From Spirochaetota bacterium (GTDB lineage Bacteria; Spirochaetota; UBA6919; CBDBPB01), in NCBI GenBank assembly GCA_965208615.1, contig CBDBPB010000001.1, positions 1 through 64,000 of the forward strand: 64,000 nt of DNA. Direction: 5' to 3'. Under the pieces are notes generated by a model. It saw only the letters and a list, made by a program, of their open reading frames with translations. It made no database searches and was not told where the DNA came from. Both the position numbers and the translations under genes were made by a program. Below, one piece after another: positions 32,294-42,704 of the stretch; the stretch's first letter is position 1; each line of letters opens with the position of its first letter.

Positions 32294-32854
32294 ATGAGGA
32301 TAATATCTGGTTCATTAAAGGGTAGACGGCTTAAAGTTCCTAAAAACAATATTGAGCCTACAAAAGATAGTGTAAAAGAAGCCATATTTAATATAATTAG
32401 TAAAGATATTATAAACAAGTCTTTTCTTGATTTATACTCTGGGTCTGGGAATATTGGCATCGAGGCACTTAGCCGTGGGGCTAATAGCGTTACTATGGTG
32501 GATAATCAAACTAATTGTATTAAGGTTATAAGGTCTAATCTTGATTATCTAAATAAAAAGGCTAACCTTATAAAAAATGATGCTTTTCATTTTATAAAGA
32601 CATGTCATAATAAGTTTGACTATATATTTGCTGATCCACCATACGATGATGATGTTTATGAGCCTATGCTTAAGCTAATTATTGATTATGGGCTTTTATA
32701 TAGTAGTTCTACGGTTATATTAGAGCATAGAGCTAATAAAAAGATAGTTGATATACATAATAGTTTTTCTTTTGTTGACAAAAGGCAATATGGTATAACG
32801 GGTCTATTATTTTTATCTTTGAATGAACCTAACATTAAAAGTAAACTAATATAA
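32294..32854 (+). CDS. rsmD: 16S rRNA m2G966 methyltransferase
   Basis: MRIISG..KGR, LDLYSGSG, EALSRGA, DPPY. Confidence 0.95.
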   Translation: MRIISGSLKGRRLKVPKNNIEPTKDSVKEAIFNIISKDIINKSFLDLYSGSGNIGIEALSRGANSVTMVDNQTNCIKVIRSNLDYLNKKANLIKNDAFHFIKTCHNKFDYIFADPPYDDDVYEPMLKLIIDYGLLYSSSTVILEHRANKKIVDIHNSFSFVDKRQYGITGLLFLSLNEPNIKSKLI

Positions 32855-32956
32855 AATTAAGTATATTATACACAAGATTAAACAAAGCTTTAACTTTATA
32901 TACTAATGAGTTACCCTAGAATGTCTATTACAATCCAGTTGTAAAAGTATATTAAT

Positions 32957-35900
32957 ATGGACTCTTTATTTTCAATTTCTTTTTTAAGAAAGCAATTATA
33001 TAAAACTCCTATAATTGACACTACCAAGAAAGGAGTCATAGTAAAAAACTGGATAGGTAGTATTAGTAATAAAAAAGAGACTGAGATTAAGTCAGCTTTT
33101 ATGACTATGCTTTTCAAAGATATACTTGGTTATACTATGTTTGGTGATCATAAGGAGTATAATCTTCGAGAAGAAGTTAAAGTACCTAATTCTGGACAAG
33201 CTAACTTTGCTTTAGGAGCATTTAATAGCACTAATAATATTGAGGTAATTGGAGAGCTTAAGGGTCTCTATACTGATTTAGATAAGCCTCAAACTAGTAG
33301 AAGGGATTTAAGGACACCTGTTGAGCAAGGTTTAGACTATCTTCATAATCTGGGCGACAAGGCTAACTTCTTAGTAATAAGCAATATGAATGAGATAAGG
33401 TTATATAAGCGAGGTATAAAGCATAAGTTTGAGAGATTTTTCTTTACTTTTCCTAAAGGTTTTGATTCGACTGGCAAAATGACTTTGGCGGATGACCATG
33501 AGCTAAGAAGGATGATCTATCTTTTAGGTAAAAAGTATCTTTTAACTACTAATGGTAAGAGTAATGTTGGACAGCTTTTATCTATGCAGACAGAGGTAGA
33601 AAAGAGTGTTGAAAAAGGTTTTTATAAAGAGTATAAAGTGTTTAGGTCAGACCTTTTCAATTCACTATTAGAACACAATAAGACTTATGAAAATAATAAG
33701 TCAAAGCTTTTATCTTTAACACAGAAGTTTCTTGATAGGATTATATTTTGTTGGTTTTGCGAAGATAGTCGTGAGCAACTACTACCTCCTGATGTCTTAC
33801 AAAACCTTATTAAAGATGAGGCTGGCTCACAATATTATAATAAATATGGTAATTCAATACAAGGTAAAGTCAATGGTCTTTTTAATGCTATCAGTGTAGG
33901 TGAGAGTAAACATAGCCCTGTTTTTAAGATAGATAAGGGTTATAATGGTGGGTTATTCGAGGCTGATTCTGATCTTGATGATCTTATTATACCAAACTAT
34001 CTGTTTAAAACTATTGCTGAGCTATCAAAGTATGATTTTGGTAATAATAAAACACCTAATAACAAAACACTAACCGTTGATATATCAGGACATATTTTTG
34101 AGCAATCTATTAGTGATTTAGAAGAGATGAGGGCAAGTTTTGAGGGAAAAGACTATGATGTTAAGAAGGGAAAGCGAAGAAAAGAGGGTGTTTATTATAC
34201 CCCTGACTATATTACAAGGTATATTGTAGAGCAGGCTATAGGGGGTTGGCTTAAGGATGAGTTTACCGAGATTGAGAATACATATAAGAACTGGACGCCT
34301 GATTTTAGGAAAAAGGAGTTTAAGCAATTTAAAGGTGATCAAGAGTGGCTTGAGAATAAAAGAAAGCGACTAATATATTCTAAATATCAAACTGTGCTTC
34401 AAAGTATTAAAGTCCTTGATCCTGCTTGTGGCAGTGGTGCTTTTTTGGTACAGGCTTTTAATTTCCTTTACGGTGAAAACAGAAAGGTTATTGAAGTAAT
34501 AAAAGATCTAACTCCTTCTCAACCAATATATTGTGATAATGATAAAGAGGTAAAGCGTATTTTACAAAATAATCTTTATGGTGTAGATTTAAACTCTGAG
34601 TCTATTGAGATTACAAAGCTATCTTTGTGGTTACGGACTGCTGAAAAGGATAAGCAACTTACTGATCTTGATAATAACATTAAGTGTGGCAATAGTTTAA
34701 TTGATGATCCTAAGGTAGCTGAAGATAAAGCTTTTAACTGGAATAATGAGTTTTCTGGTATTATGAAAAACGGTGGTTTTGATGTAGTTATTGGCAATCC
34801 TCCATGGGGTACAGATGTTATGTTGTCTAAAAATATGGATAGCTCAGAACACTTTATAAAAAAGACTTTCAATCTGATAAAACAAGAAAAAGCTTTTTTT
34901 TCTTTTATAGTCCCTATATCTATAGTTTTTGCTAATAACTGGTCACAGTCAAGAAATATATTATTAAATAAAAAATTGCTTAAGTTAGCTAAGGTAGGAG
35001 TTGCATTTGAAGAAGTAAACCTTGAATCATGCATCTTTGTATTGAAAAATAAACAACTTGAAAAGACAAATACAGTTAACATTGCAAAGTTTGATCCTTT
35101 AAAAAGATTTACTCCTTCTAAAACAGAAAAGCTTTTAGGCTCAATTGAGCAAGAAATTATGAATATATCATCTACCTTAATTTTAGCTGACATTTCTGAG
35201 ATAGTTAAAAGTATTATACTTAAGGTCCAGAAAGAAAAACATTTTTTTAAGCATTATGACAGAGAAGTTTTTAGAGGTATATATGTACCTGATTCAGAAA
35301 AACAACATATTTTAGATAATGGAAGGGGTTATTTATTCATAAATAAAGTTCCTGATGTATCCATGTATCACATAGATACAATTAGAAGGATAGATTTATC
35401 TCATTTATACAATAAATATAAGTCTAAAATTGAAAAAGTAAGTAGAAAAAGAATCATTATTAAGGTATTAAGAGGGCGAAAGTTAACTGCCTGTTTAGCA
35501 AATAAAGATATATTATCAACTGAAAAATTAGTCAATGTTATTGTTAATGATGACACTTTATCTTTGCTATATCTACTATCATTGATTAATTCAAAATTAA
35601 TCTCTTTTTATATGGGGAAAGTTGTTTTTAGTGATATAACTGAAACTTCTCGAGTCATGGATGATTATTATTTAAAAAAAATGCCGGTTAAAAGATTAAG
35701 TATAGAAAATCAACAACCTTTCATAAAAAAAGCTGACCTTATGCTTAATTTAAACAAAGAACTCTATAAAAAAACAACTGACTTCTTAGGTTGGATTAAG
35801 CTTACCTATAGTCCTAAAAAGATTAATACTAAGTTAAAAAGTCTTTATAAACTAACTGAGCAAGACTTTTTCAAGGAGCTTAAAAAGCAAAAGCTAATCC

Positions 35901-36055
35901 CAAAAAGAGAGCAGTATACTAAGTTAAAAGAGGGCTGGCAAGAACTTAGAGATTTATATGACAAGATAAGCAAGACTGATAGAGAGATTGATAACATGGT
36001 TTTTGATTTATATGGCCTTACTACAGAAGAAAAAAGGATTGTTTTGGATGGTTAA
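32957..36055 (+). CDS. Type IIG/Eco57I-like fused restriction-modification enzyme (amino-methyltransferase + TRD)
   Basis: N-terminal ELK, YNGGLF, GHIFEQSI, GVYYTP, DPACGSGAF, NPPW, TaqI_C-like region, IDNMVFDLYGLT.EE. Confidence 0.9.
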   Translation: MDSLFSISFLRKQLYKTPIIDTTKKGVIVKNWIGSISNKKETEIKSAFMTMLFKDILGYTMFGDHKEYNLREEVKVPNSGQANFALGAFNSTNNIEVIGELKGLYTDLDKPQTSRRDLRTPVEQGLDYLHNLGDKANFLVISNMNEIRLYKRGIKHKFERFFFTFPKGFDSTGKMTLADDHELRRMIYLLGKKYLLTTNGKSNVGQLLSMQTEVEKSVEKGFYKEYKVFRSDLFNSLLEHNKTYENNKSKLLSLTQKFLDRIIFCWFCEDSREQLLPPDVLQNLIKDEAGSQYYNKYGNSIQGKVNGLFNAISVGESKHSPVFKIDKGYNGGLFEADSDLDDLIIPNYLFKTIAELSKYDFGNNKTPNNKTLTVDISGHIFEQSISDLEEMRASFEGKDYDVKKGKRRKEGVYYTPDYITRYIVEQAIGGWLKDEFTEIENTYKNWTPDFRKKEFKQFKGDQEWLENKRKRLIYSKYQTVLQSIKVLDPACGSGAFLVQAFNFLYGENRKVIEVIKDLTPSQPIYCDNDKEVKRILQNNLYGVDLNSESIEITKLSLWLRTAEKDKQLTDLDNNIKCGNSLIDDPKVAEDKAFNWNNEFSGIMKNGGFDVVIGNPPWGTDVMLSKNMDSSEHFIKKTFNLIKQEKAFFSFIVPISIVFANNWSQSRNILLNKKLLKLAKVGVAFEEVNLESCIFVLKNKQLEKTNTVNIAKFDPLKRFTPSKTEKLLGSIEQEIMNISSTLILADISEIVKSIILKVQKEKHFFKHYDREVFRGIYVPDSEKQHILDNGRGYLFINKVPDVSMYHIDTIRRIDLSHLYNKYKSKIEKVSRKRIIIKVLRGRKLTACLANKDILSTEKLVNVIVNDDTLSLLYLLSLINSKLISFYMGKVVFSDITETSRVMDDYYLKKMPVKRLSIENQQPFIKKADLMLNLNKELYKKTTDFLGWIKLTYSPKKINTKLKSLYKLTEQDFFKELKKQKLIPKREQYTKLKEGWQELRDLYDKISKTDREIDNMVFDLYGLTTEEKRIVLDG

Positions 36056-36210
36056 CTGCCTTAAAATAATAGTAAAGCTAAACCACTATAAAGTAAAAAA
36101 TATTGTTAATAAAATTTGCAAATTAATAAAAAAATAATATTTTATATTTTAATACATTATAAATAACTAAATAAAAACCTTAGATATATAACTATAAAAG
36201 GATAAATAAA

Positions 36211-37230
36211 ATGGAACAAAGAGGTAAAGTATCCTTATTAACCTGTAACTCAGGTAAACCTTTAGGCAAAAGAATCTTCAAAAACCTTCTAAGTATATAT
36301 AGCAAAAATAATGAGTCAAATGAACCAAAGTTTGTACCTTCAGATGAAGTTATTTTTGCTAATGGCGAAGTTAAAACCGTTATTAATAAAAATATAAGAG
36401 GTGATGATTTATACATTCTCCAATGTGTAGACGATCCCCTTTCTGATAGAAGTATAAATGATAATTTAATGGCCCTATTTACCGCAATAGATGCCGCATA
36501 TCAGTCTGATGTTGATAATATAACCGCTGTTATACCTCAATATCCATATTCCAGACAGGAAAGAAAAAAAGCAAGAGAAGGCGTTAGTGCTAAACTAGTA
36601 GCTCAGTTTTTAGAATATTCACAGGCTATCAGGGTTATTACTGTAGACGTTCATGCAGAGGCTATTGGCGGCTTTTTTAGAAAAATTAAGTTTGAAAACT
36701 TACATGCCAGTAGAATTATAATCAACTATTTTAATAAGTATTATCCTAATATACCGTTAATCGTTGTTGCTCCCGATGTTGGCAGTGCTCCAAGAGCTCG
36801 TTTTTTTTCAAAAGAGTTTAAATCCGATCTCGCCATAATCGATAAAGAACGTAATTATGCCGCAGGTGGTGATATTGAAAGTATGAGACTCGTTGGAAAT
36901 GTTAAAGGACAAAATATTTTCATGGGAGATGATATAATAGCTACTGGCTCCACTCTAATAAATGCCTGTAGCCTGCTGAAAGAACATGGGGCTAAGGATA
37001 TTTATTTATCTTGTACATTTCCTTTCTTTAACGGTAAAGCTGTTGAAAAGTTTAACAAGGCGTATAACAATAATATCATAAAAAAAGTTATTGGTACTGA
37101 CTGCGTATTTAGAGGAGAGCAGTTTATAAAAAATCATGAATGGTATGAAGAAGTATCTGTTGCACCTCTAATTGCAAAGGTAATTTATAATATAAATAGA
37201 AAAATATCTGTTAGTAGGCTACTTACATAA
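36211..37230 (+). CDS. prs: Ribose-phosphate pyrophosphokinase
   Basis: FANGE, YSRQERK, DVHA, APDVG, DDIIATGST. Confidence 0.95.
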   Translation: MEQRGKVSLLTCNSGKPLGKRIFKNLLSIYSKNNESNEPKFVPSDEVIFANGEVKTVINKNIRGDDLYILQCVDDPLSDRSINDNLMALFTAIDAAYQSDVDNITAVIPQYPYSRQERKKAREGVSAKLVAQFLEYSQAIRVITVDVHAEAIGGFFRKIKFENLHASRIIINYFNKYYPNIPLIVVAPDVGSAPRARFFSKEFKSDLAIIDKERNYAAGGDIESMRLVGNVKGQNIFMGDDIIATGSTLINACSLLKEHGAKDIYLSCTFPFFNGKAVEKFNKAYNNNIIKKVIGTDCVFRGEQFIKNHEWYEEVSVAPLIAKVIYNINRKISVSRLLT

Positions 37231-37269
37231 GTGCTTATTGACTTTTAGTAAAATAATTAGGGAGTTTTT

Positions 37270-38235
37270 ATGTCATACACTCTTAAGTTTGAGATTTCAG
37301 TTATCAAGTTAGAAAAAGAAATCGAAAAACTAAAAAAACTAGAAACTGAAGGTAATGTTAGTTTTAAGCCTGAAATAGAGAAGCTTAATAAAAAGTGTGC
37401 TGTTTTGATGCAGGAAGCTTATAATAAGCTTGATCCATGGCAAATTACTCAAATTGCAAGACATCCAAAACGTCCCATATTTTCTGACTATTGTAATGCC
37501 ATTTTTAGTGATTTTATCGAACTCCATGGGGATAGGTACTATGCTGATGATAAATCTATAATAACTGGCTTTTGTTGGCTGGATAATAAAAAGGTTATGA
37601 TAGTAGGCCATAATAAGGGTAAGGATACTAAAGAGAATATTGAGAGAAACTTTGCTATGCCTAAACCTGAAGGATATAGAAAAGCTCTTAGAATAATGAA
37701 GCTTGCTGAAAAGTTTGATATTCCTATTATAACTTTTATAGATACTCCAGGTGCCTATCCTGGTATGGATGCCGAAGAACGTGGACAATCTGAGGCTATT
37801 GCTAAAAACCTTTTTGAGATGTCTTCTTTAAGTGTACCAATCATAACTATTGTTATTGGAGAAGGGGGTAGTGGTGGAGCATTAGCTATTAGTGTTGCCG
37901 ATAGAATTTTTATGTTGAAGTATTCCATTTATTCTGTGATCTCTCCAGAGGGATGTGCTTCTATATTGTGGAAGGACGCTACTAAGGCTGATCAGGCCTC
38001 TAAGGCTCTTAAAATTACTGCAAATGAACTCTATTCCCTAGGCTTAGTTGATGGAATTATTAATGAGCCAATAGGTGGAGCTCATCGATATCCTGATCTT
38101 ACTATTAAAGAAGTAAAAAAAACAATTAGCTTAGAGCTAAAGGCATTAAGTAAGTTGCCTAAAAAGAAATTGCTGGATAAAAGATATGAGAAGTTTATTA
38201 AAATAGGCAGCCTTGTTAGAGAGAATAAAAAATAA
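37270..38235 (+). CDS. accA: Acetyl-CoA carboxylase carboxyltransferase alpha
   Basis: ARHPKRP, PEGYRKA, DTPGAYPG, GEGGSGGAL. Confidence 0.98.
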   Translation: MSYTLKFEISVIKLEKEIEKLKKLETEGNVSFKPEIEKLNKKCAVLMQEAYNKLDPWQITQIARHPKRPIFSDYCNAIFSDFIELHGDRYYADDKSIITGFCWLDNKKVMIVGHNKGKDTKENIERNFAMPKPEGYRKALRIMKLAEKFDIPIITFIDTPGAYPGMDAEERGQSEAIAKNLFEMSSLSVPIITIVIGEGGSGGALAISVADRIFMLKYSIYSVISPEGCASILWKDATKADQASKALKITANELYSLGLVDGIINEPIGGAHRYPDLTIKEVKKTISLELKALSKLPKKKLLDKRYEKFIKIGSLVRENKK

Positions 38236-38286
38236 CACTACATTTAATAGTAAATTAGAAAAAGAACTTAGATTATATACTCTATT

Positions 38287-38751
38287 TTAGTCTTTATTAG
38301 TAGACAATTTTAAGTTTTTAATTTCTTCTAGTAAGTTAAAGGCCTCTTGTCTGGCTAACTCACTTACGTTTTCATATGCCTCTATTGTTTTGTATGCTTC
38401 GTCTAACTCCGACTTGGATAAGTCTAAGACTCTAATAAGTGCATTAATAGTTTCTTCATTAAAGGTTTGAGTTTTTTCAAGATGCTCTTTTATGAGCTCT
38501 TTAGTTCTTACAGTTTTTTTTGCATTATTCAATTCTTCTTGACTCAAATCTATTGCTTTTTCATATGCCTTTATTGTAGCTTCTGCAAAAAGACGCTCGT
38601 TAGTGGATAGCTTATTAACCTTTTCCTGAGCTATAAGCATACTATTTTGTTCTTTTATGGTATTCTCTAATTCTATTATTTTATTTTTTAGCTTTTCACT
38701 TTCTTCTTTTAGTATTACTATTTCTTTATTTTGATGTTTTTCTCTAGACAT
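38287..38751 (-). CDS. Coiled-coil hypothetical protein with internal repeats
   Basis: Three TI.A.....(D/E)L...E repeats; GAGG RBS. Confidence 0.7.
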   Translation of the reverse strand: MSREKHQNKEIVILKEESEKLKNKIIELENTIKEQNSMLIAQEKVNKLSTNERLFAEATIKAYEKAIDLSQEELNNAKKTVRTKELIKEHLEKTQTFNEETINALIRVLDLSKSELDEAYKTIEAYENVSELARQEAFNLLEEIKNLKLSTNKD

Positions 38752-39116
38752 ATTAACCTCAAAACTTTTTTATATAAATAAGTTTTACTAAAATTTAAAA
38801 TTAAGTCTTATTATAGTAAAAGTAATATTTTTTTTTATAGTTTTAAAAAAAACAAAACTTAAATATTAACTAATTAAAAAAAATAATAATAAAAATAGTG
38901 TATAACTTTTTAACAATTTAGTATATAGCTTAATCATACCCTAATAATATACAATAGTATATTAAGATCAGGGTTATATTAATTTGGTATAGGTCAATTA
39001 ATCTTATTCAAGATAGTAACACAATGTTTATATAACAAAATAAAAAATGTCTTTTTAGTCAAACAATTTTATCATTCAAAGATAAATTAATTAGTAATAA
39101 GGCAAGGGAAAATATA

Positions 39117-39917
39117 ATGATCTTATGTAAATATTTATTCAAAATAGTATTATCGTCCTTGTTATTGCTTATACTAAACCCTATTAGTATATCCGCTAAG
39201 ATTAAAATGGAATATTATGATACTCTGGGCTATAAAGCTAACTACTTGGGAGTTAAAACTTTTACATATAAAATACCACTATCAAAGATAAAAAAATATA
39301 TTTACAATAACTGGAACTACTATATAGTATACAAAAATAAGGAAAATAAAATAAAAAAATATCAATACATAAAAAACGGTAATATAATTTTTTATGAAAT
39401 CTATAATTATTCCCCAGCTAAAAAACTAAACCAAATTAAAACCTATGTAAACTTTAATCTAATATCAACCCTTAGTATAATAAATAAATACAAAACTAAA
39501 AAAACTATTATAAGGGATAACAGCTATATAATAAGACACTTCAATAAAAAAAATCATCTAATAAAGTCTTTATATTACAATAAATATAAATATCTTATTA
39601 GCTATACCTTATTCGAATATAATCCCCAAGGACTACTAATAAAACAATCTTATTATGATCCAAATAATAATCTAATCGAATATAAAAAAATGATATATAA
39701 TGGTAAGAATCAAAAAGTAAAAGTAGAGCACTACAGTAGTTATAAGCAAATGATTAGCTATAACAACTACTATTACAATCAAAAAGGACTTGTTGAACGA
39801 AAAGAAAGATATAATTCCAATAAGAAGTTATTAGGCTATTCTGAGTATGAGTATAATAGAGGTAATCTTAGATATACCCTTCATTATAATAGTAAGGGTA
39901 GGCTAATTATCAAATAG
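39117..39917 (+). CDS. Secreted Tyr-rich repeat protein (YD/MORN-like)
   Basis: Signal peptide; repeated Y.YN.KG.L...Y. Confidence 0.7.
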   Translation: MILCKYLFKIVLSSLLLLILNPISISAKIKMEYYDTLGYKANYLGVKTFTYKIPLSKIKKYIYNNWNYYIVYKNKENKIKKYQYIKNGNIIFYEIYNYSPAKKLNQIKTYVNFNLISTLSIINKYKTKKTIIRDNSYIIRHFNKKNHLIKSLYYNKYKYLISYTLFEYNPQGLLIKQSYYDPNNNLIEYKKMIYNGKNQKVKVEHYSSYKQMISYNNYYYNQKGLVERKERYNSNKKLLGYSEYEYNRGNLRYTLHYNSKGRLIIK

Positions 39918-39929
39918 AGGTTTTTATAA

Positions 39930-40268
39930 CTATTTCCAACTAAGAAGTGCTGCCTCTTCGCTATTATATACCTCAAAAAAGTTATCCAATTTACTAAACT
40001 CAAATATTCGTTTTACAGCACCTTCTATATGCATAACCTTTAATGAACCATTTACTTTTTTAAAATTGGCAAAGTTAGAAATTAAAACTCCTAATCCTGA
40101 GCTATCCATATAATTAACCTCTTTCAAGTTAATTAAAACATTAATCTTTTTGTCCGTTAAAAGACTTTTTAATAATTGTCTTAGTTCATTTGCATCAGAA
40201 AGTATACTAATCTCACCTTTTATATCTAAGATAGTTATATTATCCAATTCTCTTAAATCAATTTTCAT
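39930..40268 (-). CDS. STAS-domain anti-sigma factor antagonist
   Basis: V.YMDSSGLGVL. Confidence 0.93.
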   Translation of the reverse strand: MKIDLRELDNITILDIKGEISILSDANELRQLLKSLLTDKKINVLINLKEVNYMDSSGLGVLISNFANFKKVNGSLKVMHIEGAVKRIFEFSKLDNFFEVYNSEEAALLSWK

Positions 40269-41148
40269 TAATGGCTCCAGAAGTTACTCTACCGCTAAAG
40301 ACATTGCCAAGGCTTTTTTTGTTTATTTCTTTTATTATATCGTCTATAATATTCTTTGGAGTAGAAGTACCTGTAGTAATACCAATAGACATAATATTAC
40401 TAAAATCAATATTTTGTATTTCATTAGGTTTTTCAATTTGAATAGTCTTTACACCCTGATTTCGACAAATTATATATAGCTTTGTCGTATTAGAACTATT
40501 TTTACTACCAATAACAATCATTAGATCAACTTGTTTTGAAATAGCTTTAGCCTCTGACTGTCTTTTTATAGTTACCCCACAAATAGTCTTACAGATTTTC
40601 ACCTCTTTCGCAAAATCGATTATTATAGGGAACAAATGTGCAACATCTTCCAAGATTATTGTACTTTGAAAAACAACAGCAATTTTTTTCTTTTTAGTTA
40701 ATGGTTTAAGGTCACCTTCATTTTCTACGGCAAGACACTGTTCTTCTATTTGCCCTGCAATACCTACTACTTCAGGATGTTGTTTTTTACCTAAGATAAT
40801 AACAAAATAGCCATCATGAGCTAAATTTTTAACTAACTTTTGAGTTCTTTTCACAAAAGGACAAGTTGTATCTATAATATTTATTCCCTTACTCTCAAAA
40901 GAGTTATACATTTTTGGAGAAATACCATGAGCTCTTATAGCCATGGTATTAGATTTAAGTTCATTTATATTATCTATAACAGATATATTATATTTACTAG
41001 TTAATTCTCTCACCGCAGACGGGTTATGAATAAGGGGTCCAAAAGTATGAACTTCAGTTTTTAAATTTTTAGCAACTTCAATAACCTTATCAAAAGCGTC
41101 TTTTACGCCGTAACAATAACCTATTTCTTTTGCTATAATTATATTCAT
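40258..41148 (-). CDS. ispH: 4-hydroxy-3-methylbut-2-enyl diphosphate reductase
   Basis: GYCYGV, LIHN, RAHG, DTTCPFV, HPEV, TIC, SSNT. Confidence 0.96.
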   Translation of the reverse strand: MNIIIAKEIGYCYGVKDAFDKVIEVAKNLKTEVHTFGPLIHNPSAVRELTSKYNISVIDNINELKSNTMAIRAHGISPKMYNSFESKGINIIDTTCPFVKRTQKLVKNLAHDGYFVIILGKKQHPEVVGIAGQIEEQCLAVENEGDLKPLTKKKKIAVVFQSTIILEDVAHLFPIIIDFAKEVKICKTICGVTIKRQSEAKAISKQVDLMIVIGSKNSSNTTKLYIICRNQGVKTIQIEKPNEIQNIDFSNIMSIGITTGTSTPKNIIDDIIKEINKKSLGNVFSGRVTSGAINEN

Positions 41149-41188
41149 ACTGTTTTAGTTTTTCACAATAAGCTGTTTTTTGATAAAA

Positions 41189-41506
41189 TTAGCTTTCCCA
41201 GTTATAAATTAGTCTTTCTACTGGTTTTCCATTTTGCATATGACTTTCCACAATTTCTTCTACATCTTTTACTGTTACTTCTTTGTACCACGTAGCCTCA
41301 GGATAAACAACTATAGAGGGACCACTACTGCATGGGCCCATACATGCAGTTGCAGTTACGGATACTTCTCCATATAGATTTCTTTTTTCCATTTCTTCTA
41401 CCAGTTTAACATAAATGTCTTGTGATCTACCCTGACCACAAGATGGTTTAGTCATTGGAGGACGAGTAGTTGTGCAGACAAAAAAATGTTTTTTAAAGTG
41501 GCTCAT
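41189..41506 (-). CDS. Thioredoxin-like [2Fe-2S] ferredoxin
   Basis: HFFVC..C..CMGPC..GP..VVYPE..WY; AAAGGAG RBS before MSHF. Confidence 0.92.
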   Translation of the reverse strand: MSHFKKHFFVCTTTRPPMTKPSCGQGRSQDIYVKLVEEMEKRNLYGEVSVTATACMGPCSSGPSIVVYPEATWYKEVTVKDVEEIVESHMQNGKPVERLIYNWES

Positions 41507-41786
41507 AGGTTCTCCTTTAATATTATCAGCAGACATTAAAAATATAATAACCCTTTAAAAAGTTGTAATACTATTTATATCCTAAAAAGTAATATTATTT
41601 TAATAAAGGTTTACGATTTACATTAGTTTAAATTATACTAACCTAATATAGATTAAAGAGTTAACTTTAGTTTTACTAAACTGTTAAGAAAATTAGCTAT
41701 ATTAGTATATATAAATCTAGTTAAATATGCAAGAAAGTCAACTTTTATTATTAATAAAAACTTTTAACTCTAAGACAAAAAGGCTC

Positions 41787-42693
41787 CTGATGAAGGTAAA
41801 AAGGTTATGAAAGAGGTTTTTGACAATGGGGATAAATATAAACATGTAGGTTTAGACTTTGAGTTAGGGCTGGTAAATATATTTATTTGTTACTAATTGT
41901 TTTAGTAGTGTAGAGCAAAGGTACTCTAAGGTAATTTATCTTTTTTAAAACTTAAAAAACACAGATTATGAAGTTATAGAAAGTGTTCTGATGAAGGTAA
42001 AAAGGTTATGAAAGAGGTTTTTGACAATGGGGATAAATATAAACATGTAGGTTTAGACTTTGAGTTAGGGCTGGTAAATATATTTATTTGTTACTAATTG
42101 TTTTAGTAATGTAGATAAAAGGTACTCTAAGGTAATTTATCTTTTTTAAAACTTAAAAAACACAGATTATGAAGTTATAGAAAGTGTTCTGATGAAGGTA
42201 AAAAGGTTATGAAAGAGGTTTTTGACAATGGGGATAAATATAAACATGTAGGTTTAGACTTTGAGTTAGGGCTGATAAGCATATTTATTTGTTACTAATT
42301 GTTTTAGTAGTGTAGATAAAAGGTACTCTAAGGTAGTTTATCTTTTTTTAAAACTTAAAAAACACAGATTATGAAGTTATAGAAAGTGTTCTGATGAAGG
42401 TAAAAAGGTTATGAAAGAGGTTTTTGACAATGGGGATAAATATAAACATGTAGGTTTAGACTTTGAGTTAGGGCTGGTAAATATATTTATTTGTTACTAA
42501 TTGTTTTAGTAGTGTAGATAAAAGGTACTCTAAGGTAATTTATCTTTTTTAAAACTTAAAAAACACAGATTATGAAGTTATAGAAAGTGTTCTGATGAAG
42601 GTAAAAAGGTTATGAAAGAGGTTTTTGACAATGGGGATAAATATAAACATGTAGGTTTAGACTTTGAGTTAGGGCTGGTAAATATATTTATTT
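41787..42693 (+). repeat. Tandem array of 4.5 x 201-bp units
   Basis: Units start at 41787, 41988, 42189, 42391 and 42592; few substitutions and one extra T. Confidence 0.97.
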
Positions 42694-42704
42694 TTTTGTT
42701 AAGG

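Noticed and set aside
34576-35193. 205-aa antisense ORF and the other short ORFs overlapping called genes
   Set aside because: Typical S/I/L/F-rich shadow frames of well-supported genes
41820-41852. Sigma70 promoter in the repeat core (TTGACA)
   Set aside because: No TANNNT at 16-18 nt spacing; the nearest candidate, TAGGTT, is 21 nt away
41958-42020. Hammerhead-like CTGATGA...GAAA in every 201-bp unit, with AACAC/GTGTT as a possible stem I
   Set aside because: Stem II (AGGTAAAAAGGTTAT) does not pair convincingly, there is no UH directly before stem I, and the motif is absent from the homologous 156-bp units. A cmsearch with hammerhead models would settle it.
41787-42693. CRISPR array
   Set aside because: Units are 201 bp with identical fillers, there are no unique spacers, and no cas genes
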